A DNA stretch of 64,000 nucleotides from Dicyema japonicum (taxonomy: Eukaryota > Animalia > Dicyemida). This document shows, in pieces, positions 16,150 through 29,300 of this stretch. The stretch spans positions 124,001 through 188,000 of the forward strand of contig RDEW01000017.1 in the NCBI GenBank assembly GCA_011109175.1, written 5' to 3'. The position numbers and the translations under genes were made by a program. The stretch's first letter is position 1. Each line of letters starts with the position of its first letter. Under the pieces are notes generated by a model. The model was not told the origin of the DNA. It made no database searches and saw nothing but the letters and a program-made list of their open reading frames with translations.

Positions 16150-17104
16150 AATGTTATCTGACAAAAATACCTGTTATTTTTTGTTCATATTTATGACCCA
16201 CCCAAGGGGACGCGCTATCACCTGTATTATTTATCATCTACCTGGAGGCAGCTATGAGAGATCTACGAGAACAAATTGGATGTTTGGACAACCACTTTAT
16301 GGACTCATTTACTCGGATGATGTCGATTTTGTCGCGGAAGATCAAGAATTTATAAACTTCATTAAGGAGAAAGCGAAAACAATTTTGAGTAATAGTTCCT
16401 CAAAGTCAATGAAGAGAAAACTGAACTAACCACTATTAAAAGAACACCAACCCGCGTTGAGAAGTGGAGGACATCCGAAAACTGGATCTTTAATTGGCGA
16501 TTCAGAAGATATCTCCACGAAAGATACTGGCCACAATAGCACTTAGAAAATTACAATCAATTCTGAGGAGAAAGAATCAAATTCCTGCAAAGATGCGATT
16601 ACGCTTATATAATGGATTTGTCCGACCAGTCCTCATATACAACGCAAGCACTTGGTGAACATACAAGAAAGACATGGAACAACTAGACTCGTTTCACAGA
16701 GGCCAACTAAGAAAACTCCTTGAAAATCTCAAACAATAACTTATAGAGTGACTGATTGTGGACCAATAAGTCTAAACGTACTTGAAGCCCATTGGCGCCT
16801 TTTTGGACATATTCTACGAATGAGTAAAGGCAATGTCGTCATGGAAGAATTTTTCGGCCATACTGAATTTTCTACAATCAGAGGATGTCCAAGAGATTGT
16901 CTTCCCAGGACACTTGCGGAGGATTATGTTGTGATCTGTGCCCGATTGATGGATTCAGACGGTCTGGACGAAATCAGGAGGCGAGCAAGACGACGAAAGG
17001 GATGGAGAAGGCTAGCGCCAAGAATAGTCGAACGCATGGCGCAAGCGATACCATAAACACTGTTTACTGACAACGCGGACGTGCATTAACTAACAACTAA
17101 CTAA
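16150..17104 (+). mobile_element. RTE-clade LINE, 5'-truncated, with (TAAC)n tail
   Basis: PQGDALSPVLFIIYLEAA, LIYSDDVDFV, RLYNGFVRPVLIYN, AHWRLFGHILRM; tail TAACTAACAACTAACTAA at about 17087-17104. Confidence 0.85.
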
Positions 17105-17109
17105 TCTTC

Positions 17110-17300
17110 ACCAGTGGAGTTTGTCAGGGAGAAGGTATGAAGATCCCTTTCAACAACTGTGTCGTGACGGAAGGACTTGTCAACTTACAGATGGAATCTG
17201 TTTGACGAGAATTGATCGCTGAAAAGTCCATCGTTCGAATTCAGACCTACGACTGTCAGATTTGATATCACCAGATGCTACGTTCAGCCAAGAATGGCAA
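17110..17300 (-). mobile_element. SINE 5' half, degenerate
   Basis: The minus strand shares GATCAATTCTCGTCAAACAGA and ACGACACAGTTGTTGAAAGGGATCTTC with 46830-46910. Confidence 0.65.
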
Positions 17301-18103
17301 TCGACCCAATAGCACCGAGAAGTTGCAAGCTGACTCAGGATTCACCTGCTTGCGTCGCCATCAACAATGTTGCTATCTGATTTAAGATTGCTCTTCCTTC
17401 CCTCTCAAAGCGTCATTGCATCTACCTTACTCAGGAGACCCCAATCAAAAGGATCCATCTATTCTTTCTACTGAGAGACAATTCCGCTCCCTGGCGACGA
17501 GTTCTGGAATCGACTTCAGTTCCCCACAACGCTCTCGGATCATTGTGCTTGGGTTAAAGTTCTGCTAGAATGCGTATCCTCAAGTGGCTAACTGATCACA
17601 AACTGATAAGGAAGAGGTCGAAACGACAAGGACGAACATCTTGAACCATTTCCCACAACAGGCTCGGAGTCTTCTCATATTTTGGCTGGTTTTGAAGTAT
17701 TCAATAAGAGCGCCATGGAAAAACTGTTTGTATATTGGCCACCCTCAGGAATTTCCGTTGTCGTTATAGTAGAAGCGATCCAAGGATATGAATAGAAGCC
17801 AACTCCTTTGATAGTTTCCTGAAGATTGGATAACTTTTGTTGGAAAAAGCGTGAAATTTCCATTGAACACAACGCATTGCATAGGACAGTATCGCCTGAA
17901 TAAATCGGTTCTAGGTGGTAGAGAGGTACTCGGCATTGATACCAGGAGTATTTGAAATGACTTTTAGAAACATCATTCTCTAGATCGCCTTCGTTACCCG
18001 ATCTTCCACATGTTTAGAAGATGGGGTCCCTGGTTGAACCTGACTTCTGAAATATTGACGTTGGAATAATCGCGTTATCAGAAGGATTTTTGATGGTGTA
18101 GTC

Positions 18104-19021
18104 CAGTGATTCTCAACCTTTTTGGTCTGCGAGCCAAATCAATAATTAACAATTGGTTCGCGGGCCGCAAAAAAATTTTTAAGAAAATTAAACTTTATTA
18201 ACGAAAATTAATGTGAGAATTGAATCTGCTTTCCTTCTACTATTCTTTCAAACAAGGACTCAGTTTTGATGACGACGTACGTAAGAGTTGTATAAGAGAT
18301 TCATCAGTTGATTGTTTGCGAAATTTGGTTTGATCCGTGGAGTCTGCTGAACAGAGCTTCACGAACATACGTTGATCCAAATACAGTCGCATTTTATACG
18401 CATTCGTAACCAAAATGGGTATTTTAAATTAAAATTCTACTCCAAAATAGTTGACTTTTATTAAATATTGCGATGAGCTCTATTGCAGTGAGCTCTATCC
18501 GACTGCATTTCAATGAGCTCCATTTGAAATTCGTCTGGACCGGTTGCAGGATCTATTTCTATAGGCAAGGCATCCTTGAAATTATTAAAACCTCTTTCAA
18601 ATTCTTCAATTAGATCGCAAATAACTTTAGTATATTTCTGGTGCGATCATATTCTTTATGACGAGAAAGCAAGGGAAATGGATTGTAGTGTCATTTAAAA
18701 TTTGATTTTTCAGAGATGTAGTTTTGTAGTGAATTTATTTTGGCTTTTTAAAATGAGCCATTCAAAATCGAAAGATGTGTTGAAATATCAACCATGAAAG
18801 CTAAATCAGAAATCTTTATTCCAAAGTTGAGGAAAAACAATCTTTCCATAAAATCTTTAATTTTATCAATAAGATTGTAAAATTTAAATTAAAAATGATG
18901 TAATATTTCTGAACCTTTTAAACACGTTGCGCGGCTCCAGCGAACAGAAGTGTAGCTCTCGACATTATATGACTTAGACATCGTATAATAAAATGACAAA
19001 TCAGGCAATTGAGAACCACTG
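18104..19021 (-). mobile_element. hAT (Charlie/GTF2IRD2-like) internally deleted transposon, 918 bp
   Basis: TIRs CAGTGATTCTCAA / TTGAGAACCACTG; 8-bp TSD GTGTAGTC on both sides; the minus strand reads VFGSTYVREALFSRL (hAT dimerization region). Confidence 0.92.
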
Positions 19022-20118
19022 GTGTAGTCACCTATACACACGAAAGACTTCGTTAGGAAAACGTTAAGCCGTAGTTGAACGAACCATGATTCAGAGTATC
19101 AAGTATTTATTGTATGATCAAAGTGGATGTTGGTAATCTTTATTTCTGGCAGCAGTTACAATGTTGTCCACATAGAATAGCAGGATTTAGCTCCGTATCA
19201 ACTTCTTTCCATGGATATATTATAATTCGCAAGGATCGTTAGATAGACCGTGGTGTTCTAGCCATTGTGAAAAATGGGTTATCTTTTGAGGATATAAATC
19301 AGCGAATCAGAGTTTAAGGAGTCAGATCCTGTCCTCAAACAACTTACGATCAAGGTAGCTTACCTTCTTTGATAACTCTGACTACCGTATAAAAACAAAT
19401 ATTAGAAGTTATCTCTGAATCGAAGAGCTCTCAGGGATTCTTCTGAGAGTACATTCGAATCTGGATCCTACTATCATCGGATACCTTTGTTAACTTGGGA
19501 TTTCCGATGTCTCTTGAGTCGATTACTTTGTCCATGAGTAGATATGACGTGATTTTCATCAATCATGAAAATTATAACACGGACGATGACCTTAACACGG
19601 TACTGCGAAAGCCATCTCCCTGTGTCTCTTAGTCCACCGCAATAGTAACCCCAATTTTGTTGACGACTCCACGTCAAAGATGATGGTGGACCCCTGAAAT
19701 GATTGAGGAAAAGTACTATGAATCTACTCAAATGCCGATTGTGCTGAACGGAGAAAATTGAAGAAATACTCAGTTTTCGGGGATCGCTTCCAAGACCTTA
19801 TTTTCATTTTATTGGAGACTTCTGTATGTATATAAACTGTTCAGAACATCGAGTTTCTGATGTTCCCCCGAGTTATTCGCTTTCCACACTCACAAGAAGA
19901 CATGGGATTTATCCATAATGACAAAAGTCGTGTCCTCACAATCCTTGTTGATGTAAAAGGGATTACTCAACGAGGAAGAACATACAGCGTCATGTTGTGG
20001 TTAACCCAGTAGCCTCCATTCAAAATCAGTTCCCCAGAGTCTGTTTGACTGTGCTCTGGTGTGTAATATTAAAATATTTGAGTTTAAAAATAACGAAAAA
20101 TTAAAAAATTGACAAAAG

Positions 20119-20328
20119 TTATGAGTAAGGAGATGTTCGTTTGATGATTTCCATCACTTCATCAGAATAAGTACATCCGAAATAGTGGATATTTGAGTAG
20201 CAATTAGCCAAACATTCTAACCTGTCGGGTGGAAATGCGTACATATTTTTAACTATGTAGGACTTTTTGTATTCCCATTGCAAATCCGTGTCGTGTACAT
20301 AACGATAGTTTGAGAGAGAATCATCCAT
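20119..20328 (-). CDS. CDKN2AIPNL: XRN2-binding domain (XTBD)-only small protein, CDKN2AIPNL/PAXT-1-like, 69 aa
   Basis: YRYVHDTDLQWEYKKSYI...DRLECLANCYSNIHYFGCTYSDEVMEII fits the XTBD pattern (W..R..F...L..L....N..F.GC.Y). Confidence 0.75.
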   Translation of the reverse strand: MDDSLSNYRYVHDTDLQWEYKKSYIVKNMYAFPPDRLECLANCYSNIHYFGCTYSDEVMEIIKRTSPYS

Positions 20329-20981
20329 TGAGCTATAAAATAAAAATTTAAATAAAAATTTAATTTAATATTTAAATTTTATAAGAAACTTTATTTACCC
20401 AATTTCTTTTAACAATATCTTCTGGAAAGTCCCAGTCTCCAATGCCTCTGGGATCCTTACTACGTAAGAACCGAGTACGTGCCGTTGTGACTACGAGGAT
20501 CAGTTATACGGCCGATATGTGCTAGTGTGGGTCGATGGGGGCATCGGGCCAAGTTGAATTCTGCTAGAGCATGCTGGGATCACGTGATTGGTTAGTTTGG
20601 TGTTACCGTGATTTTTGGTATTATTTTCATTTCATTTCAGGAGACCAGTTGGCCATGTGGTTTATTGGTCGGAAGGTTGATGTGATCAAGTGTATCAAAT
20701 TCCTCAAGGTCGCAGAAAGACGATTCCTTCCAACCACACAAGTTCATTCAGGGAGAAAGCAGCTGCTATATGAACTCCAAGTAATGATCCAATGCATTGG
20801 GGGGAGCAAATGATCTTTAGTGCCAGCTTGGGATTAGGAGTCATCTAAAACAGGTTAAACACGCTACACCACACCACTAGAGTGAGGAAAGATAGGGAAC
20901 AGAAAACATGAGAAACTCTCGACTGTGGAATCTAACCCCAAAAACATAATTGGAGACATAACTCCCTAACCAGTAAGCACA

Positions 20982-23620
20982 TCAGTAAAGAGAGTTATTT
21001 TATTATATAGACTGCAATAATGTTCAAGTCCGATGAAATATTGTAACAATCTCTTAGGGGGATAACCCTTAATCCTTCTTTGATTGAACTCAACTCGATA
21101 AAATTACGAAATAGAAGACGTCCAGCGTTGTCTTCAACCACAATCTTCACGAATGGTATGTTGTTTGTAAAATTGTCTAGTAATACGGGAGTTTTATGTA
21201 ATTCATTGGTCCAAGAAATGCAGGTTATCTCCCGTTCAGAGGCCCCAATTAACTGAGATATTCTTACTTTGAATCTCCCCTCAAAATTAATGTGGAGATA
21301 AATGATCTGGTCTCAGGTTAGAAGGTTACCTTGATAGATAGTCGGTTGTAATTATTTGGGGATAGAATTCCTCTCAGATGGTCAGGTTTGAGGATATAGC
21401 CATCTCGGTTGTTGAAGTCGAACATCGCAGAGTTCAGTTGGACGTACTGATCGCACGTTTGAAGATTCAAGGCGACCATCTGAATTCCGCTATTCCAGAA
21501 GTACTAGTTGATTCAGAATAATAAAAACTAGGGGGTTAGTATTTGAGGAATTGATCCGAACTGGAGTTGGATAGATACGGAATATCTGTTTCACTGATCT
21601 CCTGGAATCAACCAAATCGCGTACTCCACTAGTGAAGAGTGGGATTTCTTGACGAGGGACATTGCCTTGTTTTCAACGAGGGAAATAAGTCGGTAAGACA
21701 GGTTTAATTCCAAATATTAACTCCTGGTACCTCGCTCGTGCTTCAGAGTGGACAAATGGCAGGGGGTGAAGTAGTTCATCAAAGGGAGATGTTGGCGGAA
21801 TAAACTCAAATTTAGTTTAAATGACATTTTGTGTTTAAGGGACCTCGCATTGACCTTGGATGATAACGTTCTCCCGTTTCCCAGATTTTTGGAGATCTCT
21901 AAAGTCAATAAAAGTCAACCTTTTTTAAATAAGTTATCTTTACATTTCAATATGATTTTGTTGCACAGCTCACTGAGTTTTGGGAGATCGTCGCCCTTTC
22001 CGTAGCAGAGAACTCCGTCAAATAATTGGTGGGCGAAATATCTCCTCATGATTTGAATCATTTTAGTTTGCTGTGGGGGACTGGGGGTAACAATAAAGTC
22101 CAACGAGCAGTGGTTTTCAATCGACAGAATGAGTGGTAAGTCCGTGGTTATGAAAACAACGGAAGATATTTCTCTTATAACCTCGGAAAAAGGTACCGAC
22201 GTGCAAGCTGTATGACCGTGAGTCACCATTGGCTCGTCCCCGTCCCAACAGTCAATTTCAACACAGCGGCACCCATCTAGTAAGAATATTCTGTACATTT
22301 CTGAACACGATTTACTTCCAATTTGATTCCCTGCTGTAAACTAACTCAGATACCCGACAAATACGTGTTATGTGATGATTTTATGAAATAGTGACTCAGG
22401 GGTAACTTCTGTTGACTTTCTTCTTTAGAACTTTGGCATCAATGTAACCACAGCTCAGTATATATTTGGTGAGGTTCGCCACTGATATTGAATCTAAATA
22501 TGGACTTTGTGACCGACTCTTTATTTTAAGGTGGGGACTTGTCTCGAACGAAGATATGATGGATTTCGCCTTGTCTGTGTTTTTCATTTGATATCTTCCA
22601 AAAAAAATTTCGAGATTTTCTAAGCTTATCAAGTCTCTTGATGAGACCAAACTTGAATGATAAATAAACTCACTCCTTCAGGAATTCCTTCAAATTTAAG
22701 AACTCCAATAATGAAATCCTGAAAAGGAAGAAATTTTCGAATGTAAAATTTTTTGAGGTGAGATTGGCTGTCTAAGCATCAGACTGACAATAAACGAGAT
22801 TTGTGGGCAAATTAGCCATTTTCAGGGAATAAATCAACTTTTCTGGCTTGTAGTGACTGAAATCTGCTAAAAGTCTAAAATGCTAGTAAAATTCACTTTT
22901 TCACGTTCATGTCCTTGAAACTCATAATAAAACTGTTCAACTTGCAGTATTCCTTGGTTATCAAAGAGAATGGGGATGGATAGTAGTTCCCGACAAAACT
23001 CATAAAGTCCTGAATGATGCTGATAAGCTTCTACCAATATGGGGGACGTTGAACCTTGGGATACTTCTCTTTGAAGAATATAAACGTAATCTTCTCGATA
23101 TTAAAGTTCCCAACATTGATGGTGACCACGTTGTCTTTCAGTTTGTCGAATAAATGTCCTCGACTGGAGATCAGACCACCGATGTTCTAAGTAAATACGT
23201 CAAATGAAACCAGCTCTAATGTCGAATTCCGAACCACATCTTTTATGAGGACCAATTCAATAAATGATAGACACTATTAATTTATGTGAACGATAAATGC
23301 CTTAGTATGGAAATTCGTGCTAATTATATGAAATGGATCCACGTTTAGATAAACCAGTTCTGTTTTATCATTGACTAATCGGAGACATTTTACGTCCACC
23401 AGTTCGACAAATTCACAACTTGAGTCGCTCCTCATTCATTTTACTGCAAAATTGGCTATTTATGTATCCAAAGACAACGAAAATTCTTTCATTCTTGGAA
23501 AGTAACAAAAATATGTTCGTAAACGACATGTACCAGGTTCGTAGTCTTCGGGGTTAATAATGAGCCTAAGCCAGGCTCTTCAGTCTACCTGTTGCTTCCA
23601 GTTCTCTGTTGTGAGCTCAT
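20982..23620 (-). CDS. Phosphoinositide-specific phospholipase C (X, Y and C2 domains; N-terminal PH/EF region inferred); many tiny introns
   Basis: GCRCVEIDCWDG, HGHT, LILSIENHCS; RIYP..RINSSN.NP|.FWNSGIQMVALNLQT; C2 FVKIVVED..EGLRVIPL. The start codon is tentative. Confidence 0.88.
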
Positions 23621-23784
23621 CTGGATCAACTTAGGAGGGTGTGAGGTGTGAGTGAAATAATAATAATAATGTGAGTGAAATTTGGTATTTTATAAATTTC
23701 GAATATAATTTTTCTATAAACTTTATTAAAAAACACAAAATTTTCTATAAACTTTATTAAAATATAAAAACATTTAAAAATACA

Positions 23785-24505
23785 ATGTCATGTGTGCGAA
23801 AATCAAAGATTTTGTAATTCCATCCTGGTAATGAATAAATATTTTAAACGTTTTATAGGGCTGGGATCCCACCTACAGGACTCCATTTGGAGGTCATCAA
23901 AGACGGAAATGTGATACAAGTAAAATTTTTATCACATTTTAGAAAATACCGATAGACACCAAGAAATACTATACATTTGGGCGGGAAGATACAAATGATG
24001 TTGTTATGGATCACGCATCCTGTTCACGTGTTCATAGTATCCTTCTTTGGCACTCTAAAATGAAGAAGGCATTTTTAGTTGACCTCCACAGTGGTAACCT
24101 TCCTCCTTTAGTTTAGCTCATGGCACATGGGTAGGAAAAGCCAAAATTTCAGCTTACCAACCTCAGCACGTGGAGACTTTTTTTCATTTTGGAGCGTCCT
24201 CCCGACATTATGTGATCCAAGAGAAGCCAAAGGGGGAGTACCCGGAAGAACAATTCCCTCAAGAGGACATCGAAGTAACCTCAAAACTGGACCAACTCAC
24301 ACAATCGAACACGCAGCGGAACCGTTGTATTAAAAAACTAATAAAGTCTCCCCCACGTGAATCACGACCTCCTCACGTGCTGTTTTCTCGAATGGATGTG
24401 ATCATGAATGCAGAAGAATTTGACTCTTCTGTTGGGAGATTTCGTAATCTTGAGCCAGAGTCGTATTTGGCTCCTCCAAGAGACCGTGTCGTCAATCTTC
24501 CGTAG
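23785..24505 (+). CDS. PPP1R8: Nuclear inhibitor of PP1 (FHA domain), C-terminally short
   Basis: GLHLEVIKDG, KYYTFGR, DHASCSRVH, VDLHS|AHGT, FGASSRHY, DSSVGRFRN. The first exon is tentative. Confidence 0.85.
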
Positions 24506-25229
24506 TTTACTGTGAACGGAATGTGAAATCGAACCATAAGATGTATCCTAAGGAAAAGTGGATTCATTTATCGGAATAAAACGTGTTTTTATTAAATCTT
24601 CAGTCATTTTTGTCGCTATAGAGTAGAAGAGGTTGGGAATTGGAGGGGGTCAAATTTAGACACCCGGGTTTTTCACTATGTGGTATTCGTAAGTCATATA
24701 GTGGAGAAGCTTTAATGGGGATATCAGGTTCTCAGGTTTCCTTAAGGTGACAACTTTATAAGCTTTGAGGTATAATCATTAAGTTCAGTGTTGCTGTGTT
24801 GGCACCCCTAAGTGTTGGGGATGATGTTTTGTTGGCAAATTTTTTAAAACTACAAATCAGATGGGATTGGAAAATTGGACTCAACATATGGTTAAGTGGG
24901 GATAATTGAGTCTGTTTTATTAGATTGCTTCTAATAGTAGGTGGATATTGTAGATAGTCTGTATTTATTATAAGAACATTCGAGAATGAATAACTCCCTG
25001 GTTTCCGGGATTAGGTCAGATGAACAAGATTCCTGTGTAATTCTGAAAGGTCCTGTCCGTGTTTTCAATAATGAAGCTATGAATTCTATGGTTTACCGCA
25101 AACCACCCACGTGGAAAATTACGAGTTTATGTTAATTTTGACGTTGACCTTACCTTATTGTCATTTAATGTTTTTTTTCAATTGGGGTCAAATATTTAAA
25201 AATGGTTACAAGAGGGGTATCAGTCTTAC

Positions 25230-25545
25230 TTAATGGGTGAATAAAATTCCCTAAGTAATATCACTTGGTTGAGTGGAAGGTTTAGTTGTCGTAGCTCCGT
25301 GCACTCTGATGACGTCATTGGATCCACTTTACTCAGGAGACGCCTAATGCCTGGAGACATCCAAAAGGATCCAATTATTCTTTCAATCGGGAGACAATTT
25401 CGTTTCCTGGCGACGAGTTCTAGAATCGACCTTAGCTCCCTGGACAGCGTTCTCTGGATCACTGTTCTTGGATGAAGGGTCAGCTGGAACGCTTCAGGTC
25501 AAGGAATTAGTTAGCTTACTTTAGCTTTGGTCTGAAATAATTTTA
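25230..25545 (+). mobile_element. LINE 3' tip, family A
   Basis: DDVIGSTLLRRRLMPG..KDPIILSIGRQFRFLATSS; terminal stem-loop at 25495-25534. Confidence 0.75.
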
Positions 25546-25854
25546 TTTATTATGTAACCATACAACACTGTATTTATCTCCTTACGGTTTATATGACCAC
25601 ATAGCTTCCTTCTCGTGAACATGAATGAAGTGACAAATCAGGAGGCAATGGAAACCTGAAGTTCTGAACAAAGGATAAGTCGGTAGCACGTAGAACCTCG
25701 GTTTTAATCTCTTCCAGCCAAACATTTAAAGAACTTTGAGGATCATTTATAAAAAGCTGTGCATAAAGGATGATAATTATGCCAAGAGACCAATGGTGAT
25801 CGATATCAGGCACGAGTAAAAGTAACCCATAACTTGTCCAATTATTGTCTAAGG

Positions 25855-27081
25855 CAGTGGTTCCCAACCTGTTTGAGAGCACGGAACCCTATCGAAATTT
25901 TTCATTTTAAACGGAACCCTTATATAGTTTTTAACAATTATCAGTATTTTACTAATATAAAATAAAATACTAGTTAGTGAAATGGTTGAGTCTGATGTCT
26001 CTTGCATAGCTCTGTAATATTTTGCCTTGTCCTTGACAGGATAAACGTAGGTTTCTTCCTGAGAACATTGAGTTCATGAAAAATATCGGCCAGGTATGCT
26101 AATTTGCAACACCAACATTCATCATTGAGGCATTCAATAAAGTCATCTAACTTCTCTTGTATACAAAAATGTGTGTGAATAATGTTCGGATTCTTATTTT
26201 TAGCAATAGAAACAAAGCCTTTAAATTGCCAGTCATTGCTGGAGCACCATCAGTGTAGATGCCCACACATACATTCCAATCCAACTTTATGTCCTAAAAT
26301 ATGAATTTATAAGATTGAAAATGTTATATCCCTTTGTTGTTCCGAGCAACTCTTTGAGCTAAGAAAATCTCAACAATGGATTCATCGTTCATGAGTTGCA
26401 TTCTTCCTGTAATATCTGAGCTTTCATCACTTGAAGCGCAAAAAACACAGATTTTTTATTCGCGAACCAAAGTAGTTTCAATGTCATCAGACATATCCTT
26501 GATGCGTCTGCTCACAGAATTATTAGAAATAGGAATTAAGTCGAGTCAGCGGCAGAAATTTCTCCGAGCATTATCTTCACTACTTCTTTGGATGCAGGCA
26601 AAATAACAGTTTCGGAGAAAGTATGCGATTTCATTTTTAGCTGCAATCTCAGCAACAGCATAACTAGCATGCAGTGCTTTTTCGTTTATTTTGAATTTTT
26701 GTAAAATGGGATGCTTTTAACTTTATTCTGGTCCAATTTCGCATAAAATATTTTTTTTCTTTGAAAGTTCCGGGTGATTGGTTGAGAAATGACGTTTAAG
26801 TTTCGTTGGAGCCATAGCAATATTGGCAAGTTTTTCACCACAAACAACACAAAGTGGTAGAGGGCAATCCATGTCCCCAGTCCATGTGAAAACCAAAGGC
26901 AAATAACTATATCGATACGATCGAACTTTAAGATATGCACTGTCACAAGACTCCATTTAGACACGTGCAAATTAAATTAATTCGTTTTAAAATATTATTT
27001 TTTTGAAAAAAAAATTAAAAAAATTTTGAAACTTCGCGAAACCCCTAGATTATTTCGCGGAACCCAGGTTGGGAACCTCTG
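25855..27081 (-). mobile_element. hAT/Buster internally deleted transposon, 1227 bp
   Basis: TIRs CAGTGGTTCCCAACCTG / CAGGTTGGGAACCTCTG; TSD GTCTAAGG; BED finger PLCVVCGEKLANIAMAPTKLKRHF. Confidence 0.93.
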
Positions 27082-27379
27082 GTCTAAGGTAAGATAGGAT
27101 TCTATAAGGATATGTGGAGTACATAACTGAGGGTGTTGTACGGGCTTTTATTTATCAATCTATTTTAATATTCAACTGGAAAAGAAACCTGATATATTGA
27201 GTCACAAGTGAGTTTGACCATCTGAGCAAGACCACAAGAGTAATTTTCTCAATGTCAAATTAGAAAAGTCGTTATCAGGTAGTTCAATGCGATAGCTCTG
27301 TTTTTTTCAAAAAGTTTTTTTTATTTTAATAACTTCAAAATATGAAAATCTGTGAATGACTCCCTGAAATGAAATTATT

Positions 27380-27670
27380 CCAAAACCAAGGGTAAAGCCA
27401 AACTAACTAATCCTGTGATCTTGACGGGTAAAGTAGAGCCCTCATCCAAGCACAGTGATCCAGATAACATTGTTCGGGAAGCTGAGGTCGAATCCAAAAC
27501 TCGTCGCCAGGGAGCGAAATTGTCTTCCGATGGAATGAAAAGATGGATAATTTTGAATACCTTCCAGGCATTGGGCGTCTCCTGAGTAAGGTGGATCCGA
27601 TGACGTCATTAGTCGGGAATGAAGAGAAATCTTCAATCAAGTAGCCACATGGCGCCACGTGACCATATTT
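27380..27670 (-). mobile_element. LINE 3' tip, family A
   Basis: Reverse complement of the 25290-25545 family, including the terminal stem-loop. Confidence 0.75.
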
Positions 27671-28249
27671 GGTATACCTTACAAATATTTTATGGAAAAC
27701 CGGTTTATAACACTTCAATGAAGATCATATTATCTTTTCCTTGTAGTCTCGGTTAAATTCTGTCACGTGAAATACCAGCTTGAAAAACAATTAGCCTAAA
27801 TACCAACTCTGTCGAACTGAGAAAATTGAATGAGTATACAGACCTCTGTAATCGCTCCCCCAATCGCCTTAAAGCCTCTAAGCGGTTGGAAGAATTGATA
27901 AAGGAGTTATCAATTAAATAGGAACTGCAATTGTGTCTCAGAGATTCCCGCAGGAGATGGTTCTCAAAGCGCCTTGGAATCGCCATCGTCCAATGTCAAT
28001 GAAAGTCAAGGTTCAATGGGGGTTGCCCCCTCGGAGTGCGGAAAAAACGTTCTGGGAGAACCATTATGTCATTATAGGCCCCCATCCACAGTCTTGCAAG
28101 GAACGTCTCAACTGAGACAAGCTGGAAGGCGAACCGATCCTCATGCTACAATATTTCCTTCTCTTGGAATCTCCGACACCACTTGCTTTTTTTGTTTTAT
28201 CAGGTGGCCTGAAAACTTAGTTTAAAAAAGATTAAAAAACTTTCAAGTT

Positions 28250-28670
28250 TATCAATCTGAGGCCGCATACCAAGGTTATAAATCCATACATCTTTGCTGG
28301 CAATAAAGGACAAAGCTTTCAAAGTTGAAAGCCCATTCATTACAATCGATACTCACTAATGGGGCCGTGACGGTTCAAGTGGATACAACAATATGCATGG
28401 AAACAAAGGTGCATAGTAATAAACCGAATTTCTTAGTCATTGATAAAGCAACAAAAATGATTACTCTGATCGATTTTGGGACCACATAACAGCGGGTAAG
28501 TCGAGATAGAGAATATGATCTGCCGGAGTGAATGATCATTTATGATGCTATAGTACCCCCAGTACTACCCTGGGACGGTATTTTGAACAATTTTTAAAAA
28601 CACCATAAAAACACCCTTAAAATGGAACGAAAGCATCAAAACAATTTTAGACGAAAAGTCCTCCAAGATT
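28250..28670 (+). mobile_element. RLE-type (R2/R4-like) non-LTR retrotransposon endonuclease remnant
   Basis: DTTICMETKVHSNKPNFLVIDKATKMITLIDFG and PVLPWDGI fit the PD..D-type restriction-like endonuclease motif. Confidence 0.6.
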
Positions 28671-28919
28671 GTGTTCCGTTCATAATTGGGAGCACAACAA
28701 AGTTAAGAGCGTGTAACGTCGAAATTTAGTGCAACCCACTGTCCTTGAACATCAATGACTGTTATCAAAACATCCAGTTCTCGATAACTGATTTATTGAA
28801 GAATCAATCCCAGAATCATACTAGACCAGGTCGATTATCTGATGTTTTTGAGGCTAAATGTGTTAGTTAATGTATTTTATTCCTAAAATGTACGTCATTG
28901 ACTCAATTATTGAATTTTA

Positions 28920-29300
28920 TTACAGGGTTTGGAAAAAGCGTTACCTATTCGGGGGAATCCCAATCAGTCCTGAAGAAGGAGACCCCGAAGGATATTTTCT
29001 GCAGATATTTGAGATACACTTATAAAAGATGGTGGATCGCTGGTGGACCATTCGAGGAGAGTTTAGGAGTTACTATAAGTTGGGGTCACTTATTTTGTTT
29101 TGACGCCTGACTCCTAACTCCAAACATGTATTACCTTAAACGAAACCAGAACTCCGTCCCAGAAAAACAATTATCTGCAATTGTGGTCTGTGAAGGCGTG
29201 ATCAATCGCGAAATGCTTAAAGGAAGCAGCGCATAGCTTTACTTTAGCAAATTTAAGGATAAAGAGGCAATTCAGAAGAAGAGATTTAATCTAAAGCGGC
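28920..29300 (+). mobile_element. Possible Merlin/IS1016-like transposase remnant
   Basis: Across frameshifts: YLFGGI ... VDRWWT ... GSLILF/DA*, resembling WVFGGI / DR..TL / GS.I.SD.W. Confidence 0.3.

Noticed and set aside
25306-25312. CTGATGA hammerhead core here and at 46937-46960
   Set aside because: No proper stem II/GAAA/stem III arrangement, and the motif is not conserved in sister copies.
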